Below, in pieces: positions 20,492 to 29,547 of a stretch of 64,000 nucleotides of DNA. The notes below the pieces were generated by a model. The model saw only the letters and a list, made by a program, of their open reading frames with translations, had not been told where the DNA came from and ran no database searches. This stretch comes from a virus. Position 1 is the stretch's first letter; every line of letters starts with the position of its first letter. The position numbers and the translations under genes are program-made. The DNA lies in IMG/VR virus record IMGVR_UViG_3300044961_000262, positions 1-64,000 of that record. One strand, given 5' to 3'.

Positions 20492-21059
20492 TGACAGCTT
20501 CTCCTTTCATTCTTCTAATTGAATCTAACATCGGTTTAGTTAAAAACTTATCTAATTTGCAATTAATTAGATTTTTCTGTCGAGCAAATTTAATTAATTC
20601 TATTACTTCTTCATGCTTTTTTTGAGAATTTTTTATAATCTTTTTATAATCACTAGATAATTTATCTAAATCTCCAGTTTTTGTAAAAAAAGCTGAACCT
20701 TGAACAGTTATTGTATCGGGATAAGCATCTAAAACTTCCTCAAAAGCAATGTCAGAATTAATAAAAAATAATTCAGAAAATTTAGGAGTAATTATAAGCT
20801 GATCAATAGAATAATTACTTTTATTGATAGGTATCAGGTACCCTTTACTTTCTAAATCTTCGACCTCATTAATTGTCCATCCGCTACCTTCATTTTGCCA
20901 TTTATATATTGATCCTGAAGAACTATACTTTAAACTACCTTGCGAATCTCTCACCATTTGCTCAGTAGATAGAAGATATAGTAATAGAAATTGATTACAA
21001 GTTAACTTATTTTTTGTTAAAAAGTTAACATACTCTGTTACATTGTCTAATATTCCCAT
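20475..21059 (-). CDS. Hypothetical protein, possible winged-helix helicase loader/initiator
   Basis: Coupled directly upstream of the helicase; wHTH-like LESKGYL segment. Confidence 0.45.
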   Translation of the reverse strand: MGILDNVTEYVNFLTKNKLTCNQFLLLYLLSTEQMVRDSQGSLKYSSSGSIYKWQNEGSGWTINEVEDLESKGYLIPINKSNYSIDQLIITPKFSELFFINSDIAFEEVLDAYPDTITVQGSAFFTKTGDLDKLSSDYKKIIKNSQKKHEEVIELIKFARQKNLINCKLDKFLTKPMLDSIRRMKGEAVNGEDF

Positions 21060-21080
21060 AATATTTATATTTGTGAATTG

Positions 21081-21268
21081 TCAACCAATCACATCTTTAA
21101 CAGAGTATTCATATGAACTACTTGATAGTTTTTTCTTTAAATTTTCTTTTATAGCTTTTGATTTTTTTTTTAATATTGTATTTTTTTTTCAAAATGAATA
21201 TCTTCACATTCACCTAAAATAGAACGACAATACGTAGGATCTTTACATTCCTTACATGGTATTTTCAT
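21081..21268 (-). pseudogene. Small Cys4 protein split at an A9 run
   Basis: MKIPCKECKDPTYCRSILGEC...; one extra A in the A9 tract (21181-21189) extends the frame to TGA at 21081. Confidence 0.45.
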
Positions 21269-21330
21269 AAAAATCTTCTTCTATTTCAATTACACTTTCG
21301 TGTTTAATAAAATGAAGAGCTTCTTCTATC

Positions 21331-21858
21331 TCATTCTGAGATAGAGGAAGTTCCATTAATGGTTTTTTCAGTTTCAATTGAAGACTCACTAAACTTATGT
21401 TGTAATTCAGATTGTTGTCTAACGAATTCTCTTTCGATTTCATCCGATAATTTTTTATGTTCTTTATCTGTATCATTAAGATCTAAATGCTGTAGGAAAG
21501 AGTGCATAATCGTAGTATGATCTCTATTTCCTAAATATCTTCCTATTTCTGAATATGAAATTTTAGGTATATGTTTTTTTGATAAAAAACAAAATATATG
21601 TCTATATTCTGAGATTTCTCTAGATACCCTAGCGTTAAGTCTTAAAGTAGATACAGGAACATTTGTTTTTTCGGAAACTATTTTAATTAAAAGTTCTAAA
21701 TCCGGATTTTCGTGCCTTTCTTCAAGTTTAACTTTTTTTTCTAATCTAACTTTTTCAAGTTTATTTACTTTAGATTTTAAAACTCGAATTGTTGTTTCAA
21801 GTTTTTTAATTTGACTTTCATATTCTTTCTGAGATAGTTTTCTTTTTTTCAATGTCAT
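21331..21858 (-). CDS. Coiled coil plus DnaA C-terminal (domain IV) HTH protein
   Basis: R..S..R......SYSEIGRYLGNRDHTTIMHS is the DnaA domain IV signature. Confidence 0.85.
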   Translation of the reverse strand: MTLKKRKLSQKEYESQIKKLETTIRVLKSKVNKLEKVRLEKKVKLEERHENPDLELLIKIVSEKTNVPVSTLRLNARVSREISEYRHIFCFLSKKHIPKISYSEIGRYLGNRDHTTIMHSFLQHLDLNDTDKEHKKLSDEIEREFVRQQSELQHKFSESSIETEKTINGTSSISE

Positions 21859-23113
21859 ATTGTATCAAATTATAAATGTCTTCTATTCTTTTTAACCAAA
21901 AGACATTAGATTGTTTTTTAAGAGATTCTTTTAACCATCTTTCATCTTGAGTATCAGGAACGTATAATTCAATAAAGTATGCGGTTTTACCTTCTACGAA
22001 TCTACAAATTCTACCTAAAGTTTGAGTAGCTCTTAACGATTTTGATGTTCTGGACCAACATATTCCTAATTCTAAACCTTCAACGTTAAATCCTTCTTCT
22101 AAAGCTTTACATGAAGAAATATATTTGACTTTAGTTCTTCCGTCAGTAAGTTTTTTAATAGCATCTTTTTTTTGAGAAGATTTTAATTTAGAATGATAAA
22201 GAACACATTCATTTCCTAACATTTCAGCTATTTGATCGGCTCCTTTTTGAGATTGACCAAATAAAATAGTTTGAAGTTTTAAATGATTAGCTATTTGAGC
22301 AGCAGCTACAATCTTACTCTCAACATGATAAAGAAAATCTTTTCTCATTCTCATGTTCCTGTTCCAATTAAAAGTAGCTGCGTTAACTCTTTCAATTTTC
22401 CAACCTAGTTCGTTAGCTAATCTATTTCTTTCTGAAGAATCAGTAACACATTTCATAGCCAATTGGAAATCAAAGTTAAACATTGCAAAATGCTTATTGA
22501 ATTCAGAGTGCATTTTATCATAAACTTCTCTATCGTATTCAGATAAATGAATGGGAACACATAAAACTTTATATTCGCTAATCCATCCGTTATTCATTGC
22601 TTCTTTAGCTGTAACTTTTCCGCAAGAACTGAAACCTCTTTCTTCTAAAAATTGTTTATGTTTAAATTCTAATGTCGCAGATAACGCTAATGCCCAATTA
22701 AACTTTGTTCTTTGAATAACTGTTTTAAAAGTGTCTGAACTTTCATTAGAGTATCTATGACATTCATCCATTATTAATAATGCACATTCATGTAATGATG
22801 TTACATATGTATTAACGACATAAACTCTTACATTTTTTAAATTATGAATTTCAATATGTCCTTTAACCCATTTTTTAGATTTTCCTTTACCTGTCCAATA
22901 ACCAGTCCAATCTTCAAGTAATTTAGTAGTTGGAACAATTACGTTAATATAAGCTTCAGAGTGTCGGGAATTACATTCTTTAATTGCTAAAATTGCAATG
23001 TAACTTTTCCCGACACCCGTAGCTGCTTCAATATATCCTTTAGCTTTAACTTGTTTCCAATTTTCAATAACTGATTTTTGCCATAAAGTTCTGCTGCTAT
23101 TAGGATTTATCAT
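21818..23113 (-). CDS. Superfamily 2 helicase
   Basis: ATGVGKS, DECH, LSAT, EGFNV and QTLGRICR motifs. Confidence 0.92.
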   Translation of the reverse strand: MINPNSSRTLWQKSVIENWKQVKAKGYIEAATGVGKSYIAILAIKECNSRHSEAYINVIVPTTKLLEDWTGYWTGKGKSKKWVKGHIEIHNLKNVRVYVVNTYVTSLHECALLIMDECHRYSNESSDTFKTVIQRTKFNWALALSATLEFKHKQFLEERGFSSCGKVTAKEAMNNGWISEYKVLCVPIHLSEYDREVYDKMHSEFNKHFAMFNFDFQLAMKCVTDSSERNRLANELGWKIERVNAATFNWNRNMRMRKDFLYHVESKIVAAAQIANHLKLQTILFGQSQKGADQIAEMLGNECVLYHSKLKSSQKKDAIKKLTDGRTKVKYISSCKALEEGFNVEGLELGICWSRTSKSLRATQTLGRICRFVEGKTAYFIELYVPDTQDERWLKESLKKQSNVFWLKRIEDIYNLIQYDIEKKKTISERI

Positions 23114-23115
23114 TT

Positions 23116-23553
23116 TTATTTAACTAAAAGTTTTTCAATTTTAGCCATTGTTAAAGCTTTCTGATCTTCAACTGATAAGAATCCACGAACTTCAGAAATT
23201 AAAGCTTCAAGTTCTTTTTTACGAGTTTCATGAGTAATGATTTTAATTCTTAAACTGATATCTTCTTTCCAATCGTTTTTAGATCCTCCGCTTAATACAA
23301 AAGCAGGTACTTCATCAAGACCTAATTCATTAGTTGCATCAAAATAAGCTTTTTCTCTTACTATTACTGAAGCATAAGCTTTAACTAAAGAACTTAAATC
23401 CGTCATAATTTTAATATCACCAACACCCTCTAATATACCAGATGTTCTATAATTCGATTCAGTTACTTCCTTAATACTTTTAAGTTCATTTTCTAATAAA
23501 ACTATTAATGAAGGAACATCGTTTGTTTTTGCAATTTGTTTATTGTTTACCAT
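23116..23553 (-). CDS. Hypothetical protein
   Basis: Operon-packed ORF. Confidence 0.65.
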   Translation of the reverse strand: MVNNKQIAKTNDVPSLIVLLENELKSIKEVTESNYRTSGILEGVGDIKIMTDLSSLVKAYASVIVREKAYFDATNELGLDEVPAFVLSGGSKNDWKEDISLRIKIITHETRKKELEALISEVRGFLSVEDQKALTMAKIEKLLVK

Positions 23554-23750
23554 ATTGTTTGTTTTTTTAATTTTTCTATTTCGGTTTTTAAATTTTCTAT
23601 TTTTTCTTCATAATCTGATACTTCACATTTTAAATCATTTACTTTTTTTGTAAGGTTATATATTTCATCAGATTTATTAGAATTTTCATATTCTAAAGTT
23701 TCTACATAATTTTGTAAATTAGTTATTAATTTATCAAATTCTTTACTCAT
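23547..23750 (-). CDS. Coiled-coil hypothetical protein
   Basis: Heptad pattern. Confidence 0.55.
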   Translation of the reverse strand: MSKEFDKLITNLQNYVETLEYENSNKSDEIYNLTKKVNDLKCEVSDYEEKIENLKTEIEKLKKQTIW

Positions 23751-23752
23751 AA

Positions 23753-24040
23753 TTAATAAATTGGAAATGAATTAACTATTACATCTTTCGGCATATTTTC
23801 AATTAATATATTATTTATAGGATCTTTCAAATGCCAATTTACTTCTTCTGGAATAGCCTGTCGCCAATCAGATTGATTAGCTTTACTTGTACCTCCTACT
23901 TCACTATAATATAAAGTATCGGAGCTATATTTACGTATTTTATAAATTTTTCCTATTGTTCTATTTGTAGATCCTTTTAAACCTATACATACAGCGTATC
24001 CGGGATATTCTATTCTTCCCCATATTAATTGTTTTTCCAT
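23753..24040 (-). CDS. Hypothetical protein
   Basis: Operon-packed ORF. Confidence 0.6.
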   Translation of the reverse strand: MEKQLIWGRIEYPGYAVCIGLKGSTNRTIGKIYKIRKYSSDTLYYSEVGGTSKANQSDWRQAIPEEVNWHLKDPINNILIENMPKDVIVNSFPIY

Positions 24041-24042
24041 AA

Positions 24043-24525
24043 TTATTTCCAGTTAATTTTAGGACAGTAATTTTTATACCAAGATTTACAATAATTTACA
24101 ATTATATTATTAGATATTTTATCTTCTAAAGTATATTTTACATTTTTTTTAATCCATATTTCTCTAATAATTAAAATACATATTATAATTGATATTATTC
24201 CTCCTAATGTAGCAAGAGTTGAATTGTAATTATCGAAATTCAATGCCCATAAAATATAATGATATATTCCTATAATATAAAATATAATTATAGTTACAAT
24301 TGTATATATTATTATACCTATACCAGTTCTTCCATCTCCTTTATGAAAACCGTCTTTAGTAATCATATTTACAATACTTACAGGTAATCTTAAAATAAGA
24401 TTAGGAATGAATAATATTATTGCCGTTACTAATTTCCAAAAAAAAGGGCATAAGTTTTCAGGTAATTTTGAATTGTATGTATAGTTATATAACCATACAT
24501 ACCATGATTTCGTTTTTAATTCCAT
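24043..24525 (-). CDS. Membrane protein
   Basis: Three hydrophobic segments; LCPFFW and YCPKI motifs. Confidence 0.65.
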   Translation of the reverse strand: MELKTKSWYVWLYNYTYNSKLPENLCPFFWKLVTAIILFIPNLILRLPVSIVNMITKDGFHKGDGRTGIGIIIYTIVTIIIFYIIGIYHYILWALNFDNYNSTLATLGGIISIIICILIIREIWIKKNVKYTLEDKISNNIIVNYCKSWYKNYCPKINWK

Positions 24526-24534
24526 GTTTATTTT

Positions 24535-25032
24535 TTATTTAATTAAGTTTTCTAAGCAATAGATTATTGCTGCTTCTTTAGCTTCTTCTGGTGTGTCAAA
24601 GTTATACCCAACATCTATAATGTCTGATGGGTTATTAGGGTTAAGTTTACAAATATTATAATTATATCTTATTGTATCTTTTTCATAATTCCATTTAATT
24701 ATTTTTGATGTAATATAAATATCAAAATTTACAAATACCCAGTCAATAGCTAATTGTTGTGTCGGTGCTAAAAACACATTTTTACGGTTTAACGCAACAT
24801 ATTCTCCAATAACGTACAGTTTATTTTTTACATTTTTTATTAGATAATTTCTACCATGTTCATCAATACCAAATACTTTACTATTTGGTTTCATGTAAAA
24901 GAAAGAACAGTAAGCATCAAATCCTTTTCCTTTTAACAGCTTAGCTGCTTCAAAAGATACTAATTTTTCTTCTATATTATTATTCATAATTTTAATCTTA
25001 ATTGATATTATAAAGTATTTAAAATAAACCAT
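24535..25032 (-). CDS. Hypothetical phage protein (likely start near 24987)
   Basis: VSFEAAKLLK.KGF...APT...F.TPEEA.EAAI pattern. Confidence 0.65.
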   Translation of the reverse strand: MVYFKYFIISIKIKIMNNNIEEKLVSFEAAKLLKGKGFDAYCSFFYMKPNSKVFGIDEHGRNYLIKNVKNKLYVIGEYVALNRKNVFLAPTQQLAIDWVFVNFDIYITSKIIKWNYEKDTIRYNYNICKLNPNNPSDIIDVGYNFDTPEEAKEAAIIYCLENLIK

Positions 25033-25259
25033 TCAAGCCATATTTTAACCTTATATGTTTTTCCAAAACCACCTTTTAATTCTAAAATTTTAGAATATTC
25101 TATATTTGGATTTTCAGTATTAACGTTATTTATTACTTTATAATCTCCGTAATATTTTTTAATAATTTCTTCAGCATTTTCAATTGAATCAGCAACACCT
25201 ATTATGATATGTTCATCATCATCAAAGTCTTTCTCATGTATTACTATTACTTTTTTCAT
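25008..25259 (-). CDS. Hypothetical protein
   Basis: ORF with AT-rich leader. Confidence 0.55.
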   Translation of the reverse strand: MKKVIVIHEKDFDDDEHIIIGVADSIENAEEIIKKYYGDYKVINNVNTENPNIEYSKILELKGGFGKTYKVKIWLEWFILNTL

Positions 25260-25281
25260 TTTTTATACCTTATTAATATTT

Positions 25282-25557
25282 TCATTTTATAATTCTTTTA
25301 ATCGGTATAAAATATGCACTATCACCTGTTTTATCTTCACTACCTAATGCAAGAATAGCTTCTTCATGAAACCAATCTTCTTCCATATATTCTTGTGATT
25401 CAGGCCATTGTATTAAACAATATCCATTTTCAGTATGATCTAATATATCATTTATAATTTTTACTTTTTCATTATTTTCATTATTTTCAGGATTTAATAT
25501 ATCAGATGTTGATTCTCTTATAAATCTTATTGCTGCTTCAAATTTTGTTTTTATCAT
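25282..25557 (-). CDS. Hypothetical protein
   Basis: WPESQEYMEEDWF...SAYFIP motif. Confidence 0.6.
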   Translation of the reverse strand: MIKTKFEAAIRFIRESTSDILNPENNENNEKVKIINDILDHTENGYCLIQWPESQEYMEEDWFHEEAILALGSEDKTGDSAYFIPIKRIIK

Positions 25558-25595
25558 AAATGTTTATTTATTATTAATATTATTTAGTAATAATT

Positions 25596-26369
25596 TTAAA
25601 TTTTAATTTCAATTACTTCTCCTTCTGAAGTTAATGTTGTTTTGATTATTAAACAGTTAGGATAAAAGCAATTATTGTTTAATGAACAACTTGAACCTTC
25701 TTCTTTGATACCATTTTTAGTACATTCCATCTGCAAATTAATTACGTCAGGTAGTTTAGGTTGGTTTTTCAGTTTTTCAGTTAATTCTTCAAAAGTTATT
25801 GAATTACCTGATGTTTTCCAATATTCTTGACCGCCTTTCCATATTATTTTAGCTTCTTCTTCTGTATATTTCTTATCAGAAGATTTAGCTTGGTTGTAAA
25901 GCATTGTTGCTAATTTTGTTCTACCATAAAAACAATTGTCACAACCGCAATCTAATTTTGAAAATTCACCATAAGAAGCTATTTCTTCTTTGTCATACCC
26001 AAATTCTTCTGATAAAGTTTCTTTTATTCCATCAGGATTTCTTAAATCATAATAACAAAGGTTAGTTAAAATTTCTTTTTCAACACTCTGTTCTACAAAT
26101 TTGATTATAGGTATTGATTTATCAATCAATTTTCCGATTGATGCTATAATTTTAATAGCTCCAAAATTATTCTTTTTAAGAGGATTATATATCTGAACTG
26201 CTTTATTTCCAATAGGGTCAAAAACCCAATTCAGATGTTGTAATTTAGCTTTTGTATCAACAACTACCCAATAATCATCTACTTTAATAGGTTTTAAATT
26301 ATCTGATATTTTGCCATTTACAGATACCGCTGCAAATATGTGTTCATTTGGTATTTCTATTACTTTCAT
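25596..26369 (-). CDS. Mosaic hypothetical protein, partly similar to 33290-34027
   Basis: Shared W..D/KIIA(S/T) segments; inserted CGCDNC module. Confidence 0.6.
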   Translation of the reverse strand: MKVIEIPNEHIFAAVSVNGKISDNLKPIKVDDYWVVVDTKAKLQHLNWVFDPIGNKAVQIYNPLKKNNFGAIKIIASIGKLIDKSIPIIKFVEQSVEKEILTNLCYYDLRNPDGIKETLSEEFGYDKEEIASYGEFSKLDCGCDNCFYGRTKLATMLYNQAKSSDKKYTEEEAKIIWKGGQEYWKTSGNSITFEELTEKLKNQPKLPDVINLQMECTKNGIKEEGSSCSLNNNCFYPNCLIIKTTLTSEGEVIEIKI

Positions 26370-26579
26370 AGTTTTATTTTAAAGTTTATTTTAAAGAATT
26401 TAAATACTCGTACATTTCTTTTGTTTGGGCAAATTTGCAATTTGTAATTAGAAAATATACATCATCATAGCTTGGGTTTAATGATTTGTAATAATCTAAC
26501 ATATCCCGTGTCTGTGCTTTTGGATAATTTACTATTAATCAGCGTAAATTATTTTTTACGTCTATTGTTATGTGAAATT

Positions 26580-26891
26580 TCAGAACCACCCACAAGAAAT
26601 CAATTCTACAATAGTTTTTTCACTATTAACGGTATCATATCGCAATATTTTCCATTTTTTTCCTAATGGTTTAGGTAATGGGAATTTTAATGTTTTCCAA
26701 TCTGCACTATTATTACTATTTGCAATGAAATTATTACAAACAGTAACATCACAATTATAAAAATTTTTTGGTATCTCTATCTTAATTATTTTGCTTGGCT
26801 TCCTAAAGAAACTTCGCACAACATTGGTTTGTGGCAAGTGCGGCTGACGTGGTTTAACCAGATTTAGTAATTCTAATAATCTTCTGTACAT
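26580..26891 (-). CDS. Hypothetical protein starting inside an attC-like hairpin
   Basis: Frame reads ...LPQTNVVRSF... across the AAC core at 26816-26822. Confidence 0.6.
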   Translation of the reverse strand: MYRRLLELLNLVKPRQPHLPQTNVVRSFFRKPSKIIKIEIPKNFYNCDVTVCNNFIANSNNSADWKTLKFPLPKPLGKKWKILRYDTVNSEKTIVELISCGWF

Positions 26892-26949
26892 ATTTTCAAA
26901 ATTTGTGTTTCAAAATCTGCACCTGACCACAAGTTAAGTGCCGTTAGTG
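26816..26949. repeat. attC-like imperfect inverted repeat
   Basis: GCACAAC ... GTTAGTG cores; arms TTTGTGGCAAGTGCGG / CTGCACCTGACCACAAG with one extrahelical base. Confidence 0.55.
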
Positions 26950-26950
26950 A

Positions 26951-27232
26951 TCATTTCTTTTTACGTTCTAACCATTCTATAAAATATTTCATCGCTGCCC
27001 ATCCTTCTGCATCGTAATGAAAAGGTGTGTTCCAATCAGACATTTCTTCATCTCTGTATTGTTCTAACAAAGATTTAATTTCCGCAAGCAACGAACCGCT
27101 AACAGGTTGTTGGCGTAATGTTACTTCCATCTGTCCAATTAAGGTTAGTAAATCATCGTGCTGCCTACCTCTTGCAGTTTTTACTTGCCCAGTTGCTACC
27201 CATTTTCTAAGTATTTCCAAATGTTCTTTCAT
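26951..27232 (-). CDS. Hypothetical protein starting inside an attC-like hairpin
   Basis: Frame reads ...LRQQPVSGSL... across the core at 27097-27103. Confidence 0.6.
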   Translation of the reverse strand: MKEHLEILRKWVATGQVKTARGRQHDDLLTLIGQMEVTLRQQPVSGSLLAEIKSLLEQYRDEEMSDWNTPFHYDAEGWAAMKYFIEWLERKKK

Positions 27233-27289
27233 TCTATTGTAATTTATCGTTAATAATTCACACTACTCCAACCACCAACACATTAGGTG
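27097..27289. repeat. attC-like imperfect inverted repeat
   Basis: CGCTAAC ... ATTAGGT cores; arms 27105-27120 and 27261-27276 are complementary at 13/16 positions. Confidence 0.55.
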
Positions 27290-27306
27290 TAAGTGCTATG
27301 ACACTG

Positions 27307-27528
27307 CTACCAAGCATCATCTGTAATTCTAACATTTAATTTTATTTTACCATCAGACCATCCAATATCGTGATTTTCTTTTTTAACCTCACATCTTTGA
27401 GTATCTATTGGGTAAGGGTATGCACGTTGCATAAGTTCATTTTTTGGAACTTCTTTTTCCACTTCAATTTCAAAAATAAAATCATCAGGAATAGATGAAA
27501 TTAAATCTTTTAATTCTTTGATTGTCAT
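27307..27528 (-). CDS. Hypothetical protein
   Basis: MTIKELK..I..IPDD N-terminus, common in small phage proteins. Confidence 0.6.
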   Translation of the reverse strand: MTIKELKDLISSIPDDFIFEIEVEKEVPKNELMQRAYPYPIDTQRCEVKKENHDIGWSDGKIKLNVRITDDAW

Positions 27529-27728
27529 TTTCGTTTAATTTACCGCACCAGCCACTAACAGCGGTTTGGTGCTATTATTTTACCTAACTTTCTTCTTGCG
27601 GATAAGAACTAATATCGGCAAAAATTCTTTTACCATCAGTGCTTACTCTTAATCTTTCTTCGCTTGGAATATGTATTTCCATTTTCTTATTTATTTAAGT
27701 TGTTAAAAATTCATTTAAAAAGGGCGGC

Positions 27729-27823
27729 GTATAACGGTGGCTAAAATAAATTGTAGCATTTGTTTTTAGATTGAAGTTTTAGATCTCCAAAACCCTAACT
27801 TCTTTAGCCGTAAAAAATTAGCG
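27729..27823. repeat. Degenerate attC-like inverted repeat
   Basis: GTATAAC ... ATTAGCG; arms GGCTAAA / TTTAGCC. Confidence 0.4.
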
Positions 27824-27854
27824 ACAAAGCTATACAACCTTCCAACTATCAATT

Positions 27855-28094
27855 CTAACTAAATATTTCCTTTATATAAATTTTCCATAAATCTTCAATT
27901 CCACCATCATTATCTCTACCTCTTTCAACACGTCTATCCATAAAATACATTTTACCTTTATATAACCTCACATTAGATTGAATTGAAGATGTATTCTTCG
28001 TAATCTATATAATGAAATTAACTGTATCATTATTAACATCAGATATATTCAAGTTTTCTTGGTTTTCTTTGAAACTTTTTATTTTATTTTTCAT
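27855..28094 (-). pseudogene. 80-codon ORF with one internal TAG (codon 30)
   Basis: MKNKIKSFKENQENLNISDVNNDTVNFII*ITKNTSS...WKIYIKEIFS*. Confidence 0.4.
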
Positions 28095-28117
28095 TTTTAA
28101 TTTTATTTACTAATAAT

Positions 28118-28149
28118 AAAAAAAAGAAGTATCCGAAGATACTTCTTTT
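28118..28149 (-). terminator. Intrinsic terminator downstream of tmRNA
   Basis: Minus strand GAAGTATC-TTCG-GATACTTC followed by a T-run. Confidence 0.85.
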
Positions 28150-28191
28150 CCACCTTTTAATCTAATCAAGCATATGACAAAATTTGATTTG

Positions 28192-28569
28192 TGGAGATGT
28201 GGGGAATTGAACCCCAGTCCAGATAACTGCTATATAACAACTTTTATTACATGCTTAAATCTAATATTTCTATTTGATTAGTATTAAGCTTAACTGAAAT
28301 TAAGCTTCACCAGTTAATCTTTAATATTATTATACTCCTAATAGATTAACAAACTTGGGAGTGAAAATTAAGCAGCTAAAACTACTTCTTTTTCTGCAAC
28401 AGGAGCAAAAGCAATTACCATTGCTTCTACTTTATCAGCAAAAGTCCTAGACTCGTCTGATATATTGTTATTGTTTGCATTTGTTTTTTGATAGTAATTT
28501 AGATGTAATCTATCATCCATCGCATGATTGTTATAAGGCTAAACGTTACTGTCAAATCCTGTCATCCCC
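28192..28569 (-). ncRNA. ssrA: tmRNA
   Basis: 5' GGGGATGACAGGATTTGAC; 3' GGTTCAATTCCCCACATCTCCA; acceptor stem with G3.U70; internal tag frame 28478-28368 ending LAA-stop. Confidence 0.93.
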
Positions 28570-28576
28570 TAAATAG

Positions 28577-28843
28577 CTAATCTTTATCAGCTATTTCTAA
28601 TTTCTGCAAAGCTAATTTTTTTTCTTCAATTCTTTGTTTTAAAACTTCATCAAATTGTTCTACAAAATTTGTAAATTTTTCATACAAATAGTAGTGCATT
28701 TCGTTTTTTTTTAAACAAATTTTACGAAATTTAATTAACTCGTCATCTGTTAATTCCGATATTGGTTTTAACGAACCGTCTTTCATTTTCCAAATGAGTT
28801 CTTTTTCATCTGTTTTGAGCATTATTTTGTTAACTGGTGTCAT
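28577..28843 (-). CDS. Hypothetical protein (WKMxxG family)
   Basis: LIWKMKDG..KPISEL.D; paralogous to 34400-34675. Confidence 0.6.
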   Translation of the reverse strand: MTPVNKIMLKTDEKELIWKMKDGSLKPISELTDDELIKFRKICLKKNEMHYYLYEKFTNFVEQFDEVLKQRIEEKKLALQKLEIADKD

Positions 28844-28867
28844 ATGTTTATTTATTAAAAAATGAAT

Positions 28868-28897
28868 AAAAAGAAGAGTCTTTCGACTCTTCTCTTT
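28868..28897 (-). terminator. Intrinsic terminator
   Basis: Minus strand GAAGAGTC-GAAA-GACTCTTC-TTTTT. Confidence 0.85.
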
Positions 28898-28912
28898 AAA
28901 TTAAACTAAAAA

Positions 28913-29383
28913 TTAAAATACAGGAGCTTCTTCTACTTGAGATACTACAGTTGTATTTACTGGTTCTACAACTTCGTGTCCACGTGATTTAAATGCAGAT
29001 TTAACTGTAGATTCCCAAGCTGGAGAAGCTGTATCTCCGAACACAACCGTAGTATAAGTATTTACAGCGCGAATTCCGCCATCTTTAGATTCGATGTCGT
29101 ACTCTCTTACATTACGATTTTCAATTTTACCTTCAAAATAACCTCCCGCTTGAGGATTTCTTTCATTGAAAATAGGTGCTGAATAACCTGGATCTGGTTG
29201 ACCAAGATAATTTAGTTCATACTGATTTACAGATGTTGAACGGCATTGGCTCAATGGTTTAGGCATTGGTCCAAATTGAGTGTTTAACATAGTACGTTCA
29301 GTAAATGTAACTGTTTTGTAGTTACGTCCGTTTTTGTCTTGTTTGATAGCTGATTCAGCTGTTTTTACGATAATGTGATTCAT
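28913..29383 (-). CDS. Putative OB-fold nucleic-acid-binding protein (SSB-like)
   Basis: Beta-rich, DKNGRNYKTV motif, acidic/aromatic tail (EEAPVF), own terminator. Confidence 0.5.
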   Translation of the reverse strand: MNHIIVKTAESAIKQDKNGRNYKTVTFTERTMLNTQFGPMPKPLSQCRSTSVNQYELNYLGQPDPGYSAPIFNERNPQAGGYFEGKIENRNVREYDIESKDGGIRAVNTYTTVVFGDTASPAWESTVKSAFKSRGHEVVEPVNTTVVSQVEEAPVF

Positions 29384-29477
29384 TTTGTTTTAAATTATTT
29401 AAAGCGATACTAAAATGCGTAATCTTGTCGTTGAAACGCTTCACGCCCACATAGGTTATACTGATTGGGTCCAGTTA

Positions 29478-29527
29478 AAAAAGAAAAAGTTACAGTAAAA
29501 CTTGGCAAATGCTGTAACTTTTCTTTT
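29478..29527 (-). terminator. Long palindromic terminator-like hairpin
   Basis: AAAAGAAAAAGTTACAG ... CTGTAACTTTTTCTTTT. Confidence 0.7.
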
Positions 29528-29547
29528 AAAAATAATACAAAGAACGA

